Shown here one piece after another: positions 1 through 10,468 of a stretch of 64,000 bases of DNA; within the stretch, counting starts at the first letter, position 1; each line of letters opens with the position of its first letter. Under the pieces are notes generated by a model. The model was not told the DNA's origin, made no database searches, and saw only the letters and a program-made list of their open reading frames with translations. A program made the translations under genes and the position numbers. Source of the stretch: an uncultured Acidobacteriota bacterium (GTDB taxonomy: Bacteria; Acidobacteriota; Thermoanaerobaculia; UBA5066; DATFVB01); assembly GCA_963813155.1 (NCBI GenBank), contig CAWEYG010000002.1:1-64000 (forward strand), in the 5' to 3' direction.

Positions 1-1590
1 GCCGTGGGCCGGGTTCGCTTCCCCGCCGGGATAGAAACCCTGCTCGAAATAATCGCGGACGAGAGCCCCGGCGCCGGCCGCGGTCGGAGCCGCGAACGAG
101 GTGCCGGCCGCGGCCGCCACGGTGCAGTTGTCGGTCAGGATCGAGAAATCGGACGACGCCGAGACGTTCACGCCGGGGGCCACGAGGTCCGGCTTCCAGC
201 GCCCGTCGGCGGCGGGACCGATGGCGGAGAAATCGGAGAGGTCCTCGTCGGAGCCGTCGGGAGTGTTCCGAGTCGAGCCCACGCACACGACGTTCTTCCC
301 GTTTCCGGGAGACGGCACGGAACGCGGCCCGCTCTCCCCGGCGTTGCCCGCGACGAAGAACGGCAGGAAATCGGGGTGGCGGAAGGCAAAATCGTCCACG
401 TCGCGGGCGGTGAGCGAATATCCCGAATTGAAAGGAGCCGGCCCGCTCGTGTCGTCCGCCCAGGAATCGGAGTGGATCCGGACTCCCTGCGCGTAGGCCT
501 GCTCGAAGATGGGCTCGAGGCCGCTGGGCGAGCATCCGAGCCCCGGCAGGTTCCCGCACTCCGATCCGTCGGCCGCGAAACCCGCGTCCTGGATGACGAG
601 GCGCGCGCCCGGGGCCATCCCGTCTCCGGAATCGTGGACGAGAAGATGCGCGAAATTGTCGCCCGCCGCGTTTCCCGCCACGTGGGTTCCGTGCCCCTCG
701 TCGTCGTACGCTTCCGGGTCGTTCGGCCGATCGCACGGAGCCGGAAACTGGTCGCACGAGTGCAGGAAGTCGTAGGCGGCGATCTTTCGATGCTGCGCGG
801 CCGTCTCGATTCCGTACTGCCCGGAGGAGTACGTGTTGACCGCGAAGGAATTCGCCGGGTCCGCGAAGTAGCACGAATCGACGTCCAGCCCCGTGTCGAG
901 AATCCCGATCGTCTGTGTCGAGCCGAAAATCCCGTGAGCGAAGATCGGCGTCGGTCCGAGCGGAGTTCCCGACTGAATCGTGCCGATCGAGCGGTCGTTC
1001 GCGAGGCTGGGGTTCGCGCGCGGAAAGGCCGCGAACACGGCGTCGCCGGCCAGGAATCGGCGCAGACCCTCGCGGGGTGCACCCGCCGCGAGCTCCAGCC
1101 TGGCCCCGAACGGCGAATCCCGCGAGCCGAGGACGGCCAGCCCGGCTGCCCGAGCGCCCTTCGAGAGCTCGGCGGCAGTCGAACCGGGATGCCCGAGGAC
1201 CGAGATTCGCCGCGGAAACGGGCGCGGACCGTCCTGGAGCAACTCGGGGGACGCCTTGTCCGCCGGCTCGAGCGGGCCGGCCCACGCGATCTCGGCCGGG
1301 CCCGAAGACTGTCCCGGCCGGGCGAAAAGAACTGCCGAATCGCGCGACAGGACTGTCTCGAGAATCCAGCCGGATCTCTCGAGGGCGGCCTGCAGGTCGG
1401 GACCGATCGGAGCCGAAAACTTCGCGAGCAGATGCCCGGAGGGAACCGGACCGGCCGCTTCCGTCGGGGATCCGGGCGCCACCGAGAGATCTCGAAGTCT
1501 TCCGGGGGCCGGAATCGTCAGATCAGAGGCGGCCAGGAGACCCGGCAGGAGGAACACCGGGACGAGAGCCGAACGACGCACCTGCGGCAC
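1..1590 (-). CDS. S8 family subtilisin-like serine peptidase, secreted, truncated by the window edge
   Basis: Not in the ORF track because it runs off the edge; read manually on the minus strand. Catalytic triad motifs ILDTGLD, HGTHVAG and GTSFAAP, plus FVAGN and KPDLVAPG. GTG start at 1590 with a hydrophobic N-terminus. Confidence 0.9.
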   Translation of the reverse strand, partial: MPQVRRSALVPVFLLPGLLAASDLTIPAPGRLRDLSVAPGSPTEAAGPVPSGHLLAKFSAPIGPDLQAALERSGWILETVLSRDSAVLFARPGQSSGPAEIAWAGPLEPADKASPELLQDGPRPFPRRISVLGHPGSTAAELSKGARAAGLAVLGSRDSPFGARLELAAGAPREGLRRFLAGDAVFAAFPRANPSLANDRSIGTIQSGTPLGPTPIFAHGIFGSTQTIGILDTGLDVDSCYFADPANSFAVNTYSSGQYGIETAAQHRKIAAYDFLHSCDQFPAPCDRPNDPEAYDDEGHGTHVAGNAAGDNFAHLLVHDSGDGMAPGARLVIQDAGFAADGSECGNLPGLGCSPSGLEPIFEQAYAQGVRIHSDSWADDTSGPAPFNSGYSLTARDVDDFAFRHPDFLPFFVAGNAGESGPRSVPSPGNGKNVVCVGSTRNTPDGSDEDLSDFSAIGPAADGRWKPDLVAPGVNVSASSDFSILTDNCTVAAAAGTSFAAPTAAGAGALVRDYFEQGFYPGGEANPAHG

Positions 1591-1594
1591 GATA

Positions 1595-3637
1595 TCACCG
1601 CAAAGAAAGCGACCGAACGGCCTCGAGGACGACCGGATCGGAGAAGAGCGCGGGCTGGAGACGCTTCCATTTTCCCCAGTGCGACCGGACGGTTCGGGCG
1701 GCTTCCGGCGAACGCGAGGCGTCCCGGAGCAGAAGAAGGAGGTCGGAGCGCTCGCGATCGGCCTCGAAGAGCTTGAGCCGAATCCCGGCAGCCTCCTCGA
1801 AGTCGTCTCGCTGCTCGGCGATCCTCGCCAGGCCCGAGAGCGCGACTCCGTCGGTCTCGAAGTCGTCGACCGATTCGTCCCACTCCTCTTCCGCCTTTTC
1901 CGACCACCCCTTCGACGCGAACAGGCGGCCGAGGTCGTCGTGGTTCAGGGCCATGTCGGGCTCGAGCTCGATCGCGCGAGCGAACGCGGCCGCCGCCTCG
2001 TCCCCTCTCCCCCGCCGCCACAGAAAGACCGCCCAGTGATAGGCGAGCGGATAGGATTTCGGGCAGAGGCGAACCCCTTCGCGGTAGTCGCTCTCGGCCT
2101 CGGCGAAATCGCCGCGCCGTTCCGCGCAGAACGCGGAAGTGAACCAGCCGTTCTCGTAGGTCGGAAAGATCTGGACCGCCTTGCGCCCGTCGGCGACCGC
2201 CTCGGAAAGGTCTCCCAGCTCTCCCGCCATCCGGCCGCGCCCGGCCCAGGCATCGTAGTAGTTCGCGAAAATCTCGGTCGCGCGGCGATACTCGCGGTAG
2301 GCCGAGGGATACCTCTTCTTGTCCGCGTCCTCGTACGCCAGGTCGTAATGCGCCTTCGCGCTGTCGGGCGACGTGACCACCAGGTTGGAAAACAGAGTCC
2401 GGTCGTCCAGCCAAACGGTGTTTCGAACGATCGTTCGCGCCAGGAATGCGAGAGTCACGACGGCCAGCGCCGCGACGGCCCGACGCCGCCGGAGCAGTCC
2501 CGGCCCGTCGGACGGAAAGCACGACGCCGCGACGAGCGCGATCCCGGCCGAGGGCAGGTAGAGAAGTCGCTCCGCCATGAGGGTTCCGGTGACGAAAAGG
2601 AAGTTCGACGTCGGAAGAGCGGCCAGGAGAAAGAGGAGCAGGCCGAACCCGGCGGCAGGCCTCTTGCGAAAGAGGCCGACGCCGGCCGCCGCGAGAATCG
2701 CGACCCCCAGCATCGCCCCCCAGAAGAGCGGCGAGCGAAAACCGTACAGGGGCAGCTGCCAGGCCGACTCGTCCGCCGAAAGGCGCAGGGGAAAGACCAC
2801 GCGCCCGGCGCCGCGCAGAAGGATCGCCGCCGCGTTGCCTGCCCTCCGCGCGAAAGACAACGTCACGAGCGGGTTTTCCAGCTCGAAGAATCCCGCCTTC
2901 TTCGAGATCAGAAAGCCCTTCAGGACGGCCGCGCGAATCGCGAACGTCGCCGCGAGGGGCAAGGCGAAAGAAATGAAAAACAACGCCCGCTTCCTCAAGA
3001 GCGAGGCCATTCGGCGGACGAAGCTCCCGTTCTCGTCGAGCATCGCGCCGAGAAAGAGCAGCCCGGGAAAGACGACCGCGCTCTCTTTCGTTTCGATCGC
3101 GAGGAAATAGAGGGCCCAAGCGAGAGCAAGCCATCGAAACTTCGAGCCCGCCCGCAGCGCCGAATGCCAGGCGAGCAGAAGGAAGAACGTCGACAGGACC
3201 TCCGCCCGGCCCACGATCGAGGTCACGGCTTCGACGTGCGCCGGCATGACGGCGAACAGCAGCGAAGCGACCCCCGCCGTGGTCTCGCCGAATCCCCGGC
3301 GGAGGAGAAGAAAGAGGAGCAGCACGTTCCCCGCGTGGAGGAGGACGTTCGTCAGGTGGTATCCGAACGTCGATTTTCCGTGGATCGCGAAATTCGCCGC
3401 GAAGGAAAGGAGATCCACCGGACGGTAGGCGGTACCGGTCGCGAGCGTCCCGCCGAAGTAGTGTGTCGTGAAAATCTTCGGAAGCTCCGACCACGATTGA
3501 ATTCGGGGGTCGTCCCGCACGATCGCCTTGTCGTCGTAGGTGAATCCCCCGTTCAGGCCGTTCGCGTACGCGAGGACGCAGGCCGCGACGAGAAGCCACG
3601 GCCAGGGACGTTTCTCCCAGGGCCAGGAAGAAGACAT
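1595..3637 (-). CDS. TMTC-like (DUF1736/GT-C type) multipass membrane protein with C-terminal TPRs
   Basis: Motifs FTYDD, YRP, HVEAVTSIVGRAE, KE and AERLLYLPS, followed by TPR-like repeats. Likely start MSSSWPW at 3637. Confidence 0.8.
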   Translation of the reverse strand: MSSSWPWEKRPWPWLLVAACVLAYANGLNGGFTYDDKAIVRDDPRIQSWSELPKIFTTHYFGGTLATGTAYRPVDLLSFAANFAIHGKSTFGYHLTNVLLHAGNVLLLFLLLRRGFGETTAGVASLLFAVMPAHVEAVTSIVGRAEVLSTFFLLLAWHSALRAGSKFRWLALAWALYFLAIETKESAVVFPGLLFLGAMLDENGSFVRRMASLLRKRALFFISFALPLAATFAIRAAVLKGFLISKKAGFFELENPLVTLSFARRAGNAAAILLRGAGRVVFPLRLSADESAWQLPLYGFRSPLFWGAMLGVAILAAAGVGLFRKRPAAGFGLLLFLLAALPTSNFLFVTGTLMAERLLYLPSAGIALVAASCFPSDGPGLLRRRRAVAALAVVTLAFLARTIVRNTVWLDDRTLFSNLVVTSPDSAKAHYDLAYEDADKKRYPSAYREYRRATEIFANYYDAWAGRGRMAGELGDLSEAVADGRKAVQIFPTYENGWFTSAFCAERRGDFAEAESDYREGVRLCPKSYPLAYHWAVFLWRRGRGDEAAAAFARAIELEPDMALNHDDLGRLFASKGWSEKAEEEWDESVDDFETDGVALSGLARIAEQRDDFEEAAGIRLKLFEADRERSDLLLLLRDASRSPEAARTVRSHWGKWKRLQPALFSDPVVLEAVRSLSLR

Positions 3638-3764
3638 GACGGCGCGGAACTGTATCGCAGGCCACGGGACGATAGCGGAGTAATGGCTATGCCGAATCGA
3701 CGATAAATGGCTATTGTCGCGAGCCTGAAGACTCTGGCAGATTCCTTCAAAGGAGGTACGACCC

Positions 3765-4370
3765 ATGACAATGCAGCACAAGACGAGGCTTCTTTCGAGT
3801 TTGCTGGTGGCTCTGTTCTGGACGGGAATTCCGGCGCTCCTGAGGGCCGCTCCGGACGCGTCGGCCGGGGGCCCCGCCGAGGTGCGCGACGGGCAGCACG
3901 ACTTCGATTTCGAGATCGGGAGCTGGAAAATCCACCTCAAGCGTCTCAAGGACCGCCTCGCGGGATCGCACGAATGGGTCGATTACGACGGGACCTCGAT
4001 CACGCGGAAGGTCTGGAACGGCAAATCCAACCTCAATGAGTTCGAATCCGACGGCGGGGGGGGCCACATCGAAGGCCTCACGCTGCGCACCTACAATCCC
4101 CAGACGCACGAGTGGAGCATCTACTGGGCCAACAGCAAGGACGGCAAGATCGACGTTCCGCAGGTCGGCACGTTCAAGGACGGGGTCGGCGAGTTCTACG
4201 CGATGGATACCTGGAAAGGCCGCAGCGTCCTCGTTCGCTTCCGCTGGACGAAAACCGATTCGACCTCGCCCCATTTCGAGCAGTCGTATTCGGACGACGG
4301 CGGCAAGACCTGGGAAGTCAACTGGATCACGGACCAGACCCGGACGGACGGATCGGACAAGTCCCGCTGA
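3765..4370 (+). CDS. Secreted DUF1579-like protein
   Basis: AAGGAGG RBS, signal peptide, motifs DGQHDFDFEIGSW and FEQSYSDDGGKTWEVNW. Confidence 0.7.
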   Translation: MTMQHKTRLLSSLLVALFWTGIPALLRAAPDASAGGPAEVRDGQHDFDFEIGSWKIHLKRLKDRLAGSHEWVDYDGTSITRKVWNGKSNLNEFESDGGGGHIEGLTLRTYNPQTHEWSIYWANSKDGKIDVPQVGTFKDGVGEFYAMDTWKGRSVLVRFRWTKTDSTSPHFEQSYSDDGGKTWEVNWITDQTRTDGSDKSR

Positions 4371-4402
4371 TGGCCTCCCGGCCGCGCTAAGATTCGGCCC
4401 GC

Positions 4403-5812
4403 ATGGCTCTCGCTCTGTTCTTCGGACTGCTTGCGGCGGCTCCGCCGGCCTCGCCGAGGCTGGCCGTCGGCTCGGTCGTCGAGCGCGTCGAGTGCGCGGA
4501 CACCCCGGAGCAGAGCTACGCGCTCTACCTGCCGGCCGGCTATTCGCCCGATCGCGCATGGCCGATCCTGTTTCTCTTCGACCCCGGAGCGCGGGGGCCG
4601 CTCGCGGCGCGGCTCTTTTCGGAAAGCGCCGCGAGCTACGGATGGATCCTCGCGAGCTCGAACAACACCGAGAGCGACGGCCCCCTCGATCCGAACATCA
4701 CGGCCTTTCGGGCGATGTGGAGAGACACGCACGCGCGCTTCTCGATCGACCCGAAACGCGTCTACGCCGGGGGCTTCTCCGGCGGCGCGCGGGTCGCGAC
4801 TCTGATGGGCACGACGGCGCCCGGGACGGTCGCGGGAGTGATCGGCTGCGGCGCGGGATTTCACACGACGGTGAAGAGAAAGCCGCCGTTCGTCTATTTC
4901 GGAACGATCGGCGAACTCGATTTCAACTTCACGGAAATGCGCGCGCTCGACGACACGCTGGCCTCTCTGGCGGTTCCTCACCGGATCGAGACCTTCGGGG
5001 GCGAGCACGACTGGCCCCCGAAGGAGCTCTGCCGGGACGCGGTCGAGTGGATGGAGATCCAGGCGATCCGGGCCGGCACGGCGCCGCGCCGGGCCGAAGA
5101 GGTGGAATCGATCTTTGCCCGGCGCCGGGAGAGGGCGCGCGCGCTCGAAACCGAGCGTCCGGCAGAAGCTCTCGCCGAGTACCGGTCGATCGAGGCGGAT
5201 TTTTCCGGGCTTCGCGACGTCTCGACGGCAAGCGCGGCGGCCGAGGCGCTGGAGCGCGAGCCCGCGACGCGCAAGGCCCTCTCGGAGGAGAAGAAGCGGG
5301 TGATCGAAGAAGACCGGACGAGGGCGGCGCAAACCGCCGTCTGGGCGGAGATCCGCTCGGGCGACGCGATTCCCCTGAAGCGCCTCGTCCAGGAGCTTCG
5401 CATCCCGGAGATGCGCGAAAGAGCCGCGCGGCGGCCGGTCTCCGAGGACTCCCGCTCGGCGCAGAGGATCCTGAACGAGATCGCTACCCAGACTTCGTTC
5501 TACCTGGCGCGCGGGTACCGGGGCGAGAAGAAGCTCGACCGCGAGGTCCTGTGCCTTTCAATCGCGATCGAGGCGAGGCCGGACTGGCCGGCCGGCTGGT
5601 ATCGCCGGGCGGCGGCGTTCGCGGCCGCGGGAGACGGATCGAAGGCGATCGAGGATCTCTCGACGTCGGTCGCAAAGGGATTCGCGAAGCCCGAGTCGCT
5701 CGAGACGGACGAAGACTTCGCGGCGATCCGCTCGTCCGAGCGTTTTGGCTCGCGCTTCGCCGCGCTCCTCGCCGCGGTTCGCGCCCGGGCCGAGACGAAA
5801 CCCGCGCGGTGA
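4403..5812 (+). CDS. Secreted alpha/beta hydrolase with helical/TPR-like C-terminus
   Basis: Signal peptide, YALYLP motif, GFSGG nucleophile elbow, D (GELDFN) and H (GGEHDW) catalytic candidates. Confidence 0.7.
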   Translation: MALALFFGLLAAAPPASPRLAVGSVVERVECADTPEQSYALYLPAGYSPDRAWPILFLFDPGARGPLAARLFSESAASYGWILASSNNTESDGPLDPNITAFRAMWRDTHARFSIDPKRVYAGGFSGGARVATLMGTTAPGTVAGVIGCGAGFHTTVKRKPPFVYFGTIGELDFNFTEMRALDDTLASLAVPHRIETFGGEHDWPPKELCRDAVEWMEIQAIRAGTAPRRAEEVESIFARRRERARALETERPAEALAEYRSIEADFSGLRDVSTASAAAEALEREPATRKALSEEKKRVIEEDRTRAAQTAVWAEIRSGDAIPLKRLVQELRIPEMRERAARRPVSEDSRSAQRILNEIATQTSFYLARGYRGEKKLDREVLCLSIAIEARPDWPAGWYRRAAAFAAAGDGSKAIEDLSTSVAKGFAKPESLETDEDFAAIRSSERFGSRFAALLAAVRARAETKPAR

Positions 5813-5855
5813 CCGGCTGGCTTCCCGTCTCCGTTTCGGAGAGAATCGCGCTTTC

Positions 5856-7889
5856 ATGCCGCACGACGAAGGCTCGAAAAGCCGTCATACCCTCAAGGAC
5901 ATCGTTCTCGGCAAGCCGCTGAGGGCGACCGACCCGGGAGTTTTCCACCACGTTTCGCTCGTCGCGTTTCTCGCCTGGGTCGGCCTCGGCGCGGACGGGC
6001 TCTCTTCCTCGTCCTACGGCCCCGAAGAAGCCTACAAAGCGCTCGGCGCGCACGCCCCGCTCGCCGTGATCCTCGTCGCGATGACCGCGTTCACGGTCTT
6101 CGTCATCTCCTTCGCGTACAGCAAAGTGATCGAGGAGTTTCCCGGCGGCGGGGGCGGCTACCTCGTCGCGACGAAACTGCTGGGACCGCGCTTCGGAGTC
6201 GTCTCCGGGTGCGCGCTCATCGTCGACTACATCCTGACGATTTCGGTCTCCGTCGTTTCCGGCGTCGACGCGATCTTCAACCTCCTCCCCCGCCACTTCC
6301 ATTCTCTCAAGCTCGAAACCTGCTTTGCGGTCCTCGCTCTGCTCGTCATCCTGAATCTTCGCGGCGTGAAAGAGTCCGTGACCGTGCTCCTGCCGATCTT
6401 TCTCATCTTCTGCCTCACCCACCTCGTGCTCATCCTGACCGCGGTGCTGGGCCATTTCACGGAGCTTCCGATCGTTCTGCGGGGAACCGCCAGCGACTTC
6501 CACGGGGGAGTGTCCGCGATCGGGTTCGTTCCGATGCTTTTCATTCTCCTTCGCGCGTATTCGATGGGCGGCGGGACCTACACGGGAATCGAGGCCGTTT
6601 CCAACGGAGTCCAGATCCTGCGCGAGCCGCGAGTCCACAACGCGAAGAAGACGATGCTCTACATGGCGCTTTCGCTCGCGTTCACGGCCGGCGGCATCCT
6701 CTTCGCGTACCTCCTCGTGCACGCTCGCCCCACACCCGGCAAGACGATGAACGGCGTGCTCGCGGAGATCGTCTTCTCCGGCTGGAAGGTTGCAGGCGCT
6801 CCGTTCGGAAAGTGGCTCGTCGTCGCGACGCTCGTCTCGGAGGGCCTCCTGCTCTTCGTCGCGGCACAGACCGGATTCCTCGACGGGCCGCGCGTCCTCG
6901 CGAACATGGGAGTCGATTCGTGGGCGCCGCACCGTTTCGCGCAGCTCTCGGACCGGCTCGTCACGAAAAACGGCGTCCTTCTGATCGGTCTCGCTTCCGG
7001 CGCCGTGATGCTCTACGCGCGCGGCGCCCTCGACCTCCTCGTGACGATGTACGCGATCAACGTGTTTTTGACTTTCACCCTGACAGAGCTCGGCATGTCG
7101 ATGCACTGGATCCAGGACCGGCGGGAGAAACCCCAGTGGAAGAGGAATCTTCCGATCCACTTCACCGGGCTCGTCCTCTGTTTTTCGATTCTGTGCGTGA
7201 CGCTCTACGAAAAACTCCTCGAGGGCGGCTGGGTGACGGTCGCCGTCACGAGCGCGTTCATCCTGCTCGCGTTCTCGATTCACAGCCACTACCGCAACGT
7301 CCGCGATCGCTTGAAGTATCTCGACGAGGTTCTGACGAGCGTGCCGCTCCACGAGCACCCGGTCGAAAAGGAGCCGATGGACCGGAAAGCGCCGACGGCC
7401 GCGATCCTCGTCGGAGGTTTCAACGGCCTCGGCGTCCATTCGTTTCTCTCGATCCAGGCGCTTTTCCCCCGTTATTACGAGAACTACCTCTTCATTTCCG
7501 TCGGCGTGATCGACTCGGCCCGATTCAAGGGCGAGTCCGAAATCGCCGCCCTCAAGGCCTCGACCGAAGCCGACCTGCGCCAGTACGTCGAATTCGCCCG
7601 CAAGCTCGGGATGAAGGCGGATTTTCGCTATTCGCTCGGAACCGAGGCAGTCGACGAGGCGGAGAACCTCGCCCTGCAGGTCAAGAAGGAATTTCCCCGG
7701 ACGATCTTCTATCTCGGGAAGCTCGTTTTCGAACGGGACCGGTTCGTCTACCGGTTCCTGCACAACCAGACCGCGCACGCGATCCAGCGCCGGCTCCAGT
7801 TCTCCGGACTGCAGAGCGTGATTCTCCCGATCCGCGTGAGCGAGAAAGAGCTGCACGCCCCTTCCCGCCCGGCGACCTCGGCCGCCTAG
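5856..7889 (+). CDS. APC-superfamily permease (KimA-like K+/amino acid transporter)
   Basis: Motifs ADGLSSSSYGPEE, PGGGGGY and TGIEAVSNG; about 12 TM helices; cytoplasmic C-terminal domain. Confidence 0.8.
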   Translation: MPHDEGSKSRHTLKDIVLGKPLRATDPGVFHHVSLVAFLAWVGLGADGLSSSSYGPEEAYKALGAHAPLAVILVAMTAFTVFVISFAYSKVIEEFPGGGGGYLVATKLLGPRFGVVSGCALIVDYILTISVSVVSGVDAIFNLLPRHFHSLKLETCFAVLALLVILNLRGVKESVTVLLPIFLIFCLTHLVLILTAVLGHFTELPIVLRGTASDFHGGVSAIGFVPMLFILLRAYSMGGGTYTGIEAVSNGVQILREPRVHNAKKTMLYMALSLAFTAGGILFAYLLVHARPTPGKTMNGVLAEIVFSGWKVAGAPFGKWLVVATLVSEGLLLFVAAQTGFLDGPRVLANMGVDSWAPHRFAQLSDRLVTKNGVLLIGLASGAVMLYARGALDLLVTMYAINVFLTFTLTELGMSMHWIQDRREKPQWKRNLPIHFTGLVLCFSILCVTLYEKLLEGGWVTVAVTSAFILLAFSIHSHYRNVRDRLKYLDEVLTSVPLHEHPVEKEPMDRKAPTAAILVGGFNGLGVHSFLSIQALFPRYYENYLFISVGVIDSARFKGESEIAALKASTEADLRQYVEFARKLGMKADFRYSLGTEAVDEAENLALQVKKEFPRTIFYLGKLVFERDRFVYRFLHNQTAHAIQRRLQFSGLQSVILPIRVSEKELHAPSRPATSAA

Positions 7890-7903
7890 GAATCGCCCGC
7901 GGG

Positions 7904-8944
7904 CTACCCCCCGTCGAGCCGCAGTCTTCCGATCAGCGATTTCCACCATCGCGGCGCGTACAGCCGTTGCAGGAACTCCCGCGCGTCCGCGCGCGCGACC
8001 CGCCGGATCAGCAGCGCGTACCCGAGATCGCCAGCTCGCCCGTACAGCCTCCGGTTCGCCAACGAGGCGGCGAGCAGCCCTCCGAGCCTCTCGCGCCACA
8101 GACGGTCGTACTCGCGAGGACGGCCGGAGACGAGGGCGCGCGCGGCAAGGTGACCCGAGACGATCGCCATCCGGATTCCGAAACCCCACAGGGCGTCCTG
8201 AAATCCCGCGGCCTCGCCGACGCGCAGGGCCTCGCCGTCGCGCGAGTTGCGCGGCCAGTGAACGTTCCCGAGGCCTCCGAAGCGGCGCGGATTGAGCATC
8301 TCCAGCGCCGCCCGCCCCCGAAAGAACTCGACCGTGCGGTCGAGGTATCCGTTCGCCTCGCGAAAGCGGTCGAACAGGCAGCAGGCCAGCGTGCCGCGGC
8401 CCCGGGAAACGAGCAGGTACGCGTATCCCTTCGGCGCGATCCTGTTCGCCATCACGGCGAACACGCCGTCGGGCATCCGGGTCTCGAACACGTATCCAAC
8501 GTCGATGGCGTCGGCCCGCTCCGGCCCCGCGGCGACGATCCCGCCGCAGAGCGCCGTCGCCTCCGTTTCATACCGGATCTCGACTCCCGCGCGCAGCGCC
8601 TGCGCCTCGAGCGCTCGATCGAGCGTCCCCGGCTCCGGCCCGCGGCGGATCAGGTAGAAGGGGGTGTCCCGCGAGGCCAGCCGGCGCCGTCTTCCCCACG
8701 CGTCGAAGAAAAACCCCTCATGGACCTTCGCGTGCTCGAAATCCGGCTCGATTCCGATCGCCCGAAGCTCGTCGAGGGCGTCGTGTTTCGAAGTCCAGTT
8801 CTCGATCGCCTCGAAGTCGCCGTGAAACCGGCTTCCGACGGTTTTCGCCCTTTCGAACACGACGGCCGGAAGGCCCGCGCGCGCGAGCGTGATGGCCGCG
8901 GAGAGCCCTGCCGGGCCCGCTCCGACGATGGGGATGGGTTCCAT
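7904..8944 (-). CDS. FAD-dependent oxidoreductase, geranylgeranyl reductase-like
   Basis: GAGPAG Rossmann motif, GYAY, and VGEAAGFQD..GFGI..A..SG. Confidence 0.8.
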   Translation of the reverse strand: MEPIPIVGAGPAGLSAAITLARAGLPAVVFERAKTVGSRFHGDFEAIENWTSKHDALDELRAIGIEPDFEHAKVHEGFFFDAWGRRRRLASRDTPFYLIRRGPEPGTLDRALEAQALRAGVEIRYETEATALCGGIVAAGPERADAIDVGYVFETRMPDGVFAVMANRIAPKGYAYLLVSRGRGTLACCLFDRFREANGYLDRTVEFFRGRAALEMLNPRRFGGLGNVHWPRNSRDGEALRVGEAAGFQDALWGFGIRMAIVSGHLAARALVSGRPREYDRLWRERLGGLLAASLANRRLYGRAGDLGYALLIRRVARADAREFLQRLYAPRWWKSLIGRLRLDGG

Positions 8945-8974
8945 CGAGACGAATTATGCCTCGGGGGGATGCCT

Positions 8975-10367
8975 TCAGCGCCCCGAGTACAGCGAAATGA
9001 TGCGCTCGATGGCCGACCGACAAACCGCGCAGAACGTCATGTCGCGCGTGAACATGATGCAGTCCTCCTGGGGGCGGAAGTATCCCTTCGCAAAATAGTC
9101 GGCGCCTTCGAAGGCTCCGACCTTTCCCGAGAAGGAGTCGCTTCCGAGAAGCTTCGTCGTCCAGGCTCTTTCTTCGGTGAAGAGAGCGTCCATCTCCGAC
9201 TCGGGGCGGTTCTTCGCCCGGATCTCGCGGCGCCTCGCCTGAATCTCGGCCTCGTGCTTTTCGAACTCCTCTTTCTTCCAGGGCGTCGGCACGGGCGTGC
9301 CCGAGACGAGAAGATCTTTCCACTTCAACTCGCCGGGATGGTTCGTGACGTTCGGCTCCCACGGCTCGGGGCGCGGGCGATTCGCGTCGTAGTACGACGC
9401 CGACGTGTAGTACTCGTCCGCGAGCCCCGCGAACTGGTGGCCGAATTCGTGGACGAAGAGGTACGGCGACCAGAGGCTGTCGGCGGCGACCGTCGAATAG
9501 AGATTGAAGATCCCGCCGCCCCCGTACGTCTTTCCGTTGACGAGAATCTCGATGAATTCGTACGGCGCGAACTGCGCGACGTCGCGAAGGGCGCGGTTGT
9601 CGAAGCTGAGGATGTAGCGCTCCGAGCCGAACGAATCGTACGTCGACCCCACGGGGCTGCGGCGGTGAACGCCGGTCGAGGGTCTCGAGATCCCGGATTC
9701 GGCCGACGGCGGGCACAGCCCCCACACGTTGAAATCGATTTCGACGTTCCTTGAAAGGCGGCGTCGAAAAGAGGATCTCCATCAATCGCCGCGCGTCCTT
9801 CTCGAACTTCGGAATTTCCTGCTTCGTGTAGCCGTCGCCGAGAATCAGAAAATCCACCTTCATCGACGGATCGCCCGATTTCTGCAGGGCGAGCAGCGGG
9901 GCCGGAGCCGGCGGGAAGGACGGATCGACGACAGCGCTCGCGGGATCGACCGTCGTCGTCCAGACCTCGCGAAACGTGTTCTCGCCGTCGCGCCGTTTCA
10001 CGACGATCTGCGCCGTCCGCTCCGGAGCGGGGAATCGGAGAGACTCGGAAAAGGTCCGCGCCATGCGAGCCGGCTCGTCGGTCTCCGACCAGTCGCTGTA
10101 GAGCGAGTCGAATCCGCGCGAATAGACGACCCGGTTCGTCGCCCGGTCCACGAGCTCGAAGAAATACCGCCCCAGGTTCGTGTCGTCGATCGCCTTCGCC
10201 GGGTTGCCCGGCCATGGGAGCGGCTCGACCACGATGCGGTCGACGCTGAAGATTTCGCGGGTGGCGTCGCCGGTGTGGAAATAGTCGAGCCGCATCGTCT
10301 TCGGCGCGGTCGCCGCAGCCGCGAACCGGGGCAGGACCAGGATGAACAGCCAGGCGATCTTTTTCAT
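8975..10367 (-). CDS. Peptidase M64 (IgA peptidase family), frameshift near 9740
   Basis: Signal peptide and LGDGYT in the 5' frame; HEFGHQFAGLADEY zinc motif and terminal C..M...FC..C in the 3' frame. Confidence 0.85.
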
Positions 10368-10468
10368 GGAGGGGATAATAGCGGAGCGTCGGCGGCCTCG
10401 GGAATGCCTGCCGGGGGTGATACGTTTATCGGACGCCCGAAAGCCGCCCTCGGGCCGGGAGAGAGACT

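Noticed and set aside
4-3706. Very long Arg/Gly/Pro-rich ORFs (4..1776, 980..3706; similarly 5484..8189, 6209..9754, 59463..63743)
   Set aside because: These are antisense or off-frame shadows of real genes, expected at high GC. They have no motifs, and the recognisable proteins are in other frames.
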